DNA of 32,000 nt. Origin: an uncultured Actinomycetes bacterium (GTDB lineage Bacteria > Actinomycetota > Actinomycetes > S36-B12 > CAIYMF01). This document shows positions 21,592 to 27,080 of the stretch, one piece after another (the stretch's first letter is position 1; every line of letters begins with the position of its first letter). The stretch is taken from the NCBI GenBank assembly GCA_963843975.1, contig CAWJMG010000001.1:600001-632000 (forward strand), written 5' to 3'. The notes beneath the pieces were generated by a model, which was given only the letters and a program-made list of their open reading frames with translations, was not told where the DNA came from and did no database searches. Both the position numbers and the translations under genes were made by a program.

Positions 21592-22278
21592 GTGGCGATC
21601 CAACAGCCCCAGCCGTGGGGCCGGGGCGCAGATCAGCGTCTTCGTGCCGAGTTCGACCTTACCGTTGCGGACGTCCACGATCGGATCTTGAGGCGCTCCC
21701 AGGCCAGCGCCCGCGAGTATGCGAACAACCTTTACCCGCCCGGCTCCCCGGGGCAGGTTCGGTATCTCCACCACGTGCGGAGTCTGTCGGAGGTGTTGCT
21801 CCCGAAGCCCGGTTGGGTCCGCGACGACACGAACAACATCCCGAAGCTTGTGCACGCGGGCCGCGGCCGGCTCCTCGTCGTTACGAGCGGGGACTCCCTC
21901 ACCGGTGTGCCCTGGAGCGTCCAGCGCAAGCACCCGTGTTCCAAGTACCCCAAGGGCAGCGCTACGCACTCTGCCGTTCTCCGCAATGGACAGCTGGCCC
22001 TCGACCTTGGGCCGGAGGTCGCCGACACCGCACCGTCTTCATCGCTCGATCTATCAGCCGTCGAGACGTGGTTCCTGATGGTCTATGTCGATCAGCACCA
22101 GATTCGGTGCGAGGTCTCGTGCCCGTCGGGAATCGACACCCGTGGTCGCGTCGCCGACTGGTCCGACCGCATCCTTCTCCCCTCGCTCCCGAACGACGGA
22201 ACCGCGATCGACATCGAGATTGACGACAACCCGGACGAGCCTGAATCCGCCATCGACATCGAGATTGATCCTCTGTGA
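21592..22278 (+). CDS. Hypothetical protein, a candidate toxin/effector partner of the downstream HTH-ImmA gene
   Basis: GTG at 21592 has GGAGG 4 nt upstream. The stop overlaps the next start in GTGA. I recognise no family. The C-terminus carries a direct repeat AIDIEID(x8)AIDIEID. Confidence 0.55.
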   Translation: MAIQQPQPWGRGADQRLRAEFDLTVADVHDRILRRSQASAREYANNLYPPGSPGQVRYLHHVRSLSEVLLPKPGWVRDDTNNIPKLVHAGRGRLLVVTSGDSLTGVPWSVQRKHPCSKYPKGSATHSAVLRNGQLALDLGPEVADTAPSSSLDLSAVETWFLMVYVDQHQIRCEVSCPSGIDTRGRVADWSDRILLPSLPNDGTAIDIEIDDNPDEPESAIDIEIDPL

Positions 22279-23399
22279 CTCAGGAGGCCTTCTCCCTCAC
22301 TCCGCGGCGACTCACCTTGGCCCGCCAACGCCGTCGCATGACCCTGACAGGGCTCGCGAACGCCATGGGTGTGTCAGCGAGGACTGTGACCCGTTGGGAG
22401 TCCGATCCCGTCTCTCCCGAACCGGAGACGATCGAGCGGCTCGCCGCCGTTCTCGACTTCCCAGTCGCGTTCCTGACGGCCGATGACCTCGAGGAGTTGC
22501 CTCTCGAGGCCGTGAGCTTCCGAGCGTTGACGAAGACCGGAGCCGGCCTACGTCACTCGGCCCTGGCCGCCGGCTGCATCGCTGCCGATCTGTCCCGCTG
22601 GGTAGGCGAACGCTTCCGCCTGCCGGCGCCAGACGTGCCCACGCTTCCCGGCTATGAGCCGGAGACGGCGGCTCAAGCGGTGCGAGAGAGATGGGGGTTG
22701 GGCACGGCCCCTATCCCTCACCTATTGGACCTGCTGGAGTCTCGGGGGATTCGAGTCTTCAGTCTCGCGACGGATGTGAGCGAGATCGATGCCTTCAGCT
22801 TCTTCCGCCGCGGAACACCGTTCGTTTTGGTCAACACCGGGAAGACAGGAGAACGCCAGCGTTTTGACGCCGCGCACGAGCTGGGTCACCTCGTGATGCA
22901 TTGCGAGGACGAGGCGCCCAGCGGCCGTGAAGCCGAACTGCAAGCGCAGAGGTTCGCAGCCGCCTTTCTGATGCCTCGCGAGGACGTCATGGGGAGGCCG
23001 CTCTGGAATGTTGACGCGAGAACGATCATTCGCGCTAAAGCCCGGTGGAGAGTCGCGGCGATGGCGCTCACGCATCGACTGCGCGAGCTCGAAATGCTCA
23101 CGGAGTGGGGCTACCGCGACGCTTGCGTGCAGCTGTCTCAGGCCGGCTACCGGCGGGGGGAGCCTTTCGCTCCGATTGTTCCCGAGACGTCGCAGATCCT
23201 GAGAAAGGTCTTCAGTTCACTGCGTGATCAGGGTGTGACAGCGCACCAAGTGGCAAAGGACCTTCACCTGACTGAGGCTGAGTTGAACAGACACATCTTC
23301 GGACTCGTACCCGTGGCTCTTGACGGCGATGGACAGGGGGGAGGCTCGAAGTCCAACCTGAGGCTGGTTCCCACTCCCCAGGACGTCCCCAACTACTAG
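22275..23399 (+). CDS. XRE-family HTH fused to an ImmA/IrrE (COG2856, M78-like) zinc metallopeptidase domain
   Basis: 374 aa. The N-terminal LTLARQRRRMTLTGLANAMGVSARTVTRWESD is an HTH_3-type motif. The central FDAAHELGHLVMH supplies HEXXH, followed by AAAFLMPRE. Confidence 0.85.
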   Translation: MTQEAFSLTPRRLTLARQRRRMTLTGLANAMGVSARTVTRWESDPVSPEPETIERLAAVLDFPVAFLTADDLEELPLEAVSFRALTKTGAGLRHSALAAGCIAADLSRWVGERFRLPAPDVPTLPGYEPETAAQAVRERWGLGTAPIPHLLDLLESRGIRVFSLATDVSEIDAFSFFRRGTPFVLVNTGKTGERQRFDAAHELGHLVMHCEDEAPSGREAELQAQRFAAAFLMPREDVMGRPLWNVDARTIIRAKARWRVAAMALTHRLRELEMLTEWGYRDACVQLSQAGYRRGEPFAPIVPETSQILRKVFSSLRDQGVTAHQVAKDLHLTEAELNRHIFGLVPVALDGDGQGGGSKSNLRLVPTPQDVPNY

Positions 23400-24124
23400 C
23401 GACCGCTGTTAGGCACCAAGTAGTGCGGACCGATGAAGCCCACGTGCACCTTGCCCGTGGCACCGCCAGTGTCGTCGTGAAAGTAGATCCGCGGCGCGAG
23501 GTCGCCCCCGCCCTCTGAGATCTTGAGGTGCGCCTCCATGTAGACCTCGCCATCAGGGCGGACGGCAGGGTCAACCGGGAGCAATCTGGCTGCCCACAGC
23601 TTCTTGTTGTTGCGGAGAGTTTCAGATTCGACCATCGAGAGCTTCTTTGGCGTCGCCGGCCACGACAGCGCGTCTCCCCGCTGGCACCACTCCCAAAACC
23701 CACCAGCGAACCCGGCCCGCCTGGCCCTCGCGTAGGCGGCCAACGCTCGTAGTCCGCGCCACGCTGTCTGCCCCCATACCCGTGATTCGGCCGCAGTGTC
23801 CAAGCGGATCACGTCACGGATCGCCGCGTCCGGCAGTCCCAAGTCATCGGCGAGGTACTCCTGCGCGAGTAGGGCTGCGTGGCTGACATCCTCCGCCTCA
23901 TCGGGTTGCGAATCCGTGGGCGATTGATTGAACCAGACGACTTCCTCAAGCCCACGAACCTGCAAGTCCGTCTGGATGCGGTCAAGCACTCCTCGAAGCT
24001 GGGAAAGCTCGGCCGACAGTTCTTCCTGATCCGCCGCAGCTGCGAGATACAGATCCTCGAAGCTTCTCCTCAAGGGCGATCGGAGAAGCCGCCGGCTCCG
24101 CCTCAAGCGAAGTTGCGGCGCCAT
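23396..24124 (-). CDS. Hypothetical protein, either the C-terminal part of a split ~529-codon gene or an independent gene starting at GTG 23989
   Basis: A coiled-coil-like segment (FEDLYLAAAADQEELSAELSQLRGVLDRIQTDLQ) precedes a C-terminal domain ending YMEAHLKISEGGGDLAPRIYFHDDTGGATGKVHVGFIGPHYLVPNS. It overlaps the upstream ORF by 143 nt in another frame. Confidence 0.5.
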   Translation of the reverse strand: MAPQLRLRRSRRLLRSPLRRSFEDLYLAAAADQEELSAELSQLRGVLDRIQTDLQVRGLEEVVWFNQSPTDSQPDEAEDVSHAALLAQEYLADDLGLPDAAIRDVIRLDTAAESRVWGQTAWRGLRALAAYARARRAGFAGGFWEWCQRGDALSWPATPKKLSMVESETLRNNKKLWAARLLPVDPAVRPDGEVYMEAHLKISEGGGDLAPRIYFHDDTGGATGKVHVGFIGPHYLVPNSGR

Positions 24125-24983
24125 CAGCGTGTGAAGCCGCTAGCCGAGATGCTGCTGCTTCCCATGACTCGGGAGGCCGACGCCGGGCCATTCGCGGGGC
24201 GATCTGGTTGATCAGCAGGCTGGCAATCTTCGTGCTGTCGGAGCCAAGCCGGTAGTGCGGAACGTAACGATGACGCCAACCGTCCGTTGAGCGATCCAGG
24301 GGTGCGGGCACATAGGTTCGCACTGCTCCGCCCCAGACCGACAGGTCCGACAGCTCACTCGAGAGGGCTTGCACGGCCTCGAGGTCGAGGGTCCGCACTT
24401 CCGCCAGCCCCGAGAGCCGCATAGCTACGGCGTCGGCCCGCTTCAACCAGAAGTCGTTGCGTGTCCCGGGTGCTTCCGTGAAGACCACCACCGGTAGTAC
24501 TCGCTGGCCGTCCCGAAGATGCTCGACGAAATGTTGGACGCCGCCCGCTCTCACAGGTCGCGCGTGGTTGTAGAGGCGGGACGAACCCAACCGAGGACGA
24601 CCGACATCCATGAGAAGCCGACTCACAAGTCTCGGCGCGCCCAGATCGACTCGCGCGAAGGCATCATCGGCAGCGAGAGCAACGTCGACCCAAACCCAAT
24701 GACTCTCCTGATCAGACCAGGATCTCAGTGTCGTCGTCCACGTAGACGGGTCACCCGACGAACCGGCCTGTTCCTCGATCAGCCCAGCGACGAGCACAGC
24801 GTCGTTGCCGTCACCAGCCCGGAGGACTGCGCCTTGGGTCGAGTCAACCTTGAACGACGCGATCTCACCCGAATCCCACGCCGCTCCCAGCTTGGTCTGG
24901 ACCCAGTCCCGAAAGGCTGCAAGGGCGCTGTCAGCGATGCCGGGGTCGCCGCTGTCCCAGATGGCTCTGTAGACGATCGCCAC
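23982..24983 (-). CDS. Hypothetical protein, the N-terminal part of the same split gene or an independent 333-aa protein
   Basis: GTG start with GGGGGA upstream. The sequence is non-repetitive and globular-looking up to about IALEEK, after which the tail (GSVSRSCGGSGRTVGRAFPASRSA) looks out of frame. I recognise no family. Confidence 0.5.
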   Translation of the reverse strand: MAIVYRAIWDSGDPGIADSALAAFRDWVQTKLGAAWDSGEIASFKVDSTQGAVLRAGDGNDAVLVAGLIEEQAGSSGDPSTWTTTLRSWSDQESHWVWVDVALAADDAFARVDLGAPRLVSRLLMDVGRPRLGSSRLYNHARPVRAGGVQHFVEHLRDGQRVLPVVVFTEAPGTRNDFWLKRADAVAMRLSGLAEVRTLDLEAVQALSSELSDLSVWGGAVRTYVPAPLDRSTDGWRHRYVPHYRLGSDSTKIASLLINQIAPRMARRRPPESWEAAASRLAASHADGAATSLEAEPAASPIALEEKLRGSVSRSCGGSGRTVGRAFPASRSA

Positions 24984-25223
24984 AAGTCCCCCAAGTCGGA
25001 TCTCAGTGACGCAAGGGTAGCGTCGACATGCGACGGGCCGCCGTCACCGAAGCGCTCGCGTCGATGCATCGGCGGGCCGTCCTGCCGGCTCGAACGCAGG
25101 GTCCGCGGCCACTGGTCACGTCGTCCAATAGCGGAGATGGCGAGACGCTACTCGAACCCGACAGAACACCTCGCCACCCTGCTTCAAGAGCTGCAAGAAG
25201 GGGCACTGATCGTTGCCGAACAC

Positions 25224-25721
25224 CTACTGACTGTTGCGAATGTCGATTGCCTCATCGACCCAGGTCCCCAAGTTGGCCTTGATGTGGTCGTAAACGTAGG
25301 TGCTTGTGGTGAACGGTGGGTCGTAGGTCTTCACGATCGATGACAGCTGCACCGATCCGTTCTTGAGCGTAAACGAGCTGAATGGGTTACTGCCCTTGGA
25401 CGACTGCTTCTGGTGCGAATCCAACAAGTTGTGAATGTAGATCCCAACGAGACCCTTCTTGGAGTTCCAAGCCTTCTCAATCTCGTAGTCGATCCACTTC
25501 CTGCCGGCCGTGCTGGAGCCGATGAGAACGACCGCGCAAGAGCGACCAGACATCTGGGAATCGATCCATGCCTTGATGGCGTCGTCTCCCCCACTAGTCA
25601 CCTCTTCCCAGTCGTTGTCGCTCACCGGCGCGTTGCCCTCAAGCACGCCACTGTTGCGAACCTGCGATGCACGCCACGCGTCGGCCGCGTAGTGGAAGCT
25701 GTAGAACGCCTTCCTCGCCAT
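25224..25721 (-). CDS. ThsB-like TIR domain protein (TIR-like/DUF1863 type), copy 1
   Basis: 165 aa. MARKAFYSFHY...VRNSGV...AIKAWIDSQMSGRSCAVVLIGSSTAGRKWIDYEIEKAW...GLVGIYIHNL...SKGSNPF matches my memory of Bacillus ThsB (FFSFHY, VRN, VLIG, W..YEI, GI.I, KG.NPF). The YEI glutamate is retained. GGAGGA lies upstream of the ATG. Confidence 0.8.
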   Translation of the reverse strand: MARKAFYSFHYAADAWRASQVRNSGVLEGNAPVSDNDWEEVTSGGDDAIKAWIDSQMSGRSCAVVLIGSSTAGRKWIDYEIEKAWNSKKGLVGIYIHNLLDSHQKQSSKGSNPFSSFTLKNGSVQLSSIVKTYDPPFTTSTYVYDHIKANLGTWVDEAIDIRNSQ

Positions 25722-25740
25722 GGGGTCTTCCTCCGGTTAG

Positions 25741-26235
25741 TCACTCATGTGTGTTGTCAGCTGTCGAACCGCGATCGTCGGACCCTGACTCGTCTTGAGA
25801 GCAGGCAAGTCGAATCCTTGCGGCGACGTCCCCCAGGTCTGCGTCTTCATAGATGCTGCCGGTCGGCCAAATGTGGCCGAAGCCATCCCGCTCCCAGCGG
25901 GGAACCACGTGGAAATGCAGGTGGAAGACGGTCTGTTCGGCCGTTTTGCCGGCCGAAGTGATCAGATTCATTCCCTCTGGTCGTAACGCGACGTCTATCG
26001 CCCGACCAACGTGGATTGCGGCCTGGATGAGATCGTCCGCTATCGGTGGTGCCACGGCCCAGAGGTCAGCAACATGTGTCCGTGGGATGATCAAGGTGTG
26101 CCCGGGGGTGGCAGGACGGAGCGGAAAGAAGGCAACCCACGTCTCGCCTTCGCAGACCATCTCGACGGACGTGTCTCGGCCACGAGCAATGTCGCAGAAG
26201 TCGCAACCCTCCTCGTACTGCGTAGAGTCCATCAT
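25741..26235 (-). CDS. HIT (histidine triad) family nucleotide hydrolase/transferase
   Basis: 164 aa. Contains CDFCDI near the N-terminus, PGHTLIIPRTHV and an intact triad, VFHLHFHVVPR. The start ATG overlaps the stop of the upstream TIR gene (ATGATG/TGA). Confidence 0.85.
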   Translation of the reverse strand: MMDSTQYEEGCDFCDIARGRDTSVEMVCEGETWVAFFPLRPATPGHTLIIPRTHVADLWAVAPPIADDLIQAAIHVGRAIDVALRPEGMNLITSAGKTAEQTVFHLHFHVVPRWERDGFGHIWPTGSIYEDADLGDVAARIRLACSQDESGSDDRGSTADNTHE

Positions 26236-26672
26236 CGACCTGCGGCCTTCGCCGCAGCCTCGATCCAGGCGCCCATGTTGTTGTACCCGTCATCCTTGTT
26301 CCACAGATAGAACGGGTAGCCGTCTGGCAACTTGCCGCACCTGTCGCTCGTCCTGTGCCTGAAGTCTTCGATCTTGCTGATGTCTATGCCGAGCAAGCCG
26401 TGGCCCAGAGCCTTGCTCTTGTCGATCTCGTACTTGACCCAACGGCTCGAGCAAGTGGCGGCACCCACCAGGACGACGGTCACCGAGGTCCCCACTAACT
26501 GGCCATCAATCCACGCCTTGATCGCAGTGTCACCGCGCTGTTTGAGCTTCTCGAAGTCCGCAGCGTCAACGAACCCAGCCGCTTGCCGACCCTGCGTTAC
26601 CCAGCTATTTCGCACGACCATCGCGCGAGAGACGTCGCTGTATTCGAAGCTGAAGAAGACGTTGCGAGCCAC
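26232..26672 (-). CDS. ThsB-like TIR domain protein, copy 2
   Basis: 146 aa from GTG at 26672: (M)ARNVFFSFEY...VVRNSWV...AIKAWIDGQLVGTSVTVVLVGAATCSSRWVKYEIDKS...GLLGIDI. The motif set matches copy 1. The GTG overlaps the TAG of the upstream membrane-protein frame. Confidence 0.75.
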   Translation of the reverse strand: MARNVFFSFEYSDVSRAMVVRNSWVTQGRQAAGFVDAADFEKLKQRGDTAIKAWIDGQLVGTSVTVVLVGAATCSSRWVKYEIDKSKALGHGLLGIDISKIEDFRHRTSDRCGKLPDGYPFYLWNKDDGYNNMGAWIEAAAKAAGR

Positions 26673-27077
26673 TACTTGCCCCCCTTGATTGCAATGATTG
26701 CGATGACATCCACAACGATGATCGAACCGTAGAAGGCCCAGAGATGGGGTCGCAGGCACGTCGCAAGCCAGCGACGTATGGCGTGCTCCTTGTCGATCTT
26801 CATCGAGAAGTTGATCTCGGCCTCTGGCGTCATCGCGACCTCGTTGTGGAAGCTTTACAAAGCCCCGCTCGAGCCACAGGTAGTAGCCATCGAGGGCCCA
26901 AAACAAGGCAGTCGTCACCAAGGCGATCAGGAGCAGCGCGCGCCGGGTTTCAATCGCCGCAAATCCGGCTAGCGCAGCAGCAATCGTGATGGACCAGCCC
27001 TTGAACAGGAAGGAGTTGTTCGCCATGCGAGCGATGGCCGCCTGTATGAAGTCGAGATGCTTGAGCTTGGCTTCCAT
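26672..27077 (-). pseudogene. Small (~134 aa) three-helix membrane protein, frame-disrupted near 26850-26859; candidate effector of the TIR cassette
   Basis: Frame 1 reads MEAKLKHLDFIQAAIARMANNSFLFKGWSITIAAALAGFAAIETRRALLLIALVTTALFWALDGYYLWLERGFVK. The +1 frame continues with a credible sequence, SFHNEVAMTPEAEINFSMKIDKEHAIRRWLATCLRPHLWAFYGSIIVVDVIAIIAIKGGK*. Frame 1 itself runs on as an implausible linker (PQRGRDDARGRDQ...CGCHRNHCNQ). The span is 406 nt, which is 1 mod 3. Confidence 0.6.
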
Positions 27078-27080
27078 CTC

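Noticed and set aside
25003-25206. A 67-aa ORF (and the overlapping 84-aa plus-strand ORF) in the 240-bp gap between TIR1 and the unknown gene
   Set aside because: There is no SD, the composition is poor (Ser/Arg/Ala-rich) and the ORFs overlap on both strands. The gap is more likely a promoter or intergenic region.
21158-26855. The hexamer AGCTTC (often within AAGCTT) lies at or near several frame junctions (12069-12074, 20063-20068, 21159-21164, 24060-24065, 26850-26855), always read as nAG-CTT-C upstream and AGC-TTC downstream. This could hint at a +1 slippery site or a motif-specific error.
   Set aside because: The same hexamer occurs in frame without any disruption at 366-371 (pmt), about 22516-22521 (HTH-ImmA), 23995-24000, about 26645 (TIR2), and about 29100 and 29905 (hsdR). 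At 21174-21176 a GGG run explains the junction better. The junction positions are only loosely constrained. It is probably a common codon-pair hexamer rather than a signal, though it is worth a glance in read-level data.
26232-27077. The 281-aa ORF taken at face value as a natural TM-TIR fusion protein
   Set aside because: The 60-residue 'linker' (PQRGRDDARGRDQLLDEDRQGARHTSLACDVPATPSLGLLRFDHRCGCHRNHCNQGGQ) looks out of frame. The +1 frame encodes a credible third TM helix, ends exactly at the TIR GTG, and TIR2 begins like TIR1 (ARNVFFSFEY versus ARKAFYSFHY). I keep the fusion as an alternative in the findings.
25224-27077. Calling the cassette a canonical (type I or type II) Thoeris system
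   Set aside because: I can see no ThsA-type protein in the window: no SIR2 GAGxS-type motif, no SLOG and no Macro domain. The HIT gene is not part of the described Thoeris types as far as I know. I therefore report it as Thoeris-like and possibly novel.
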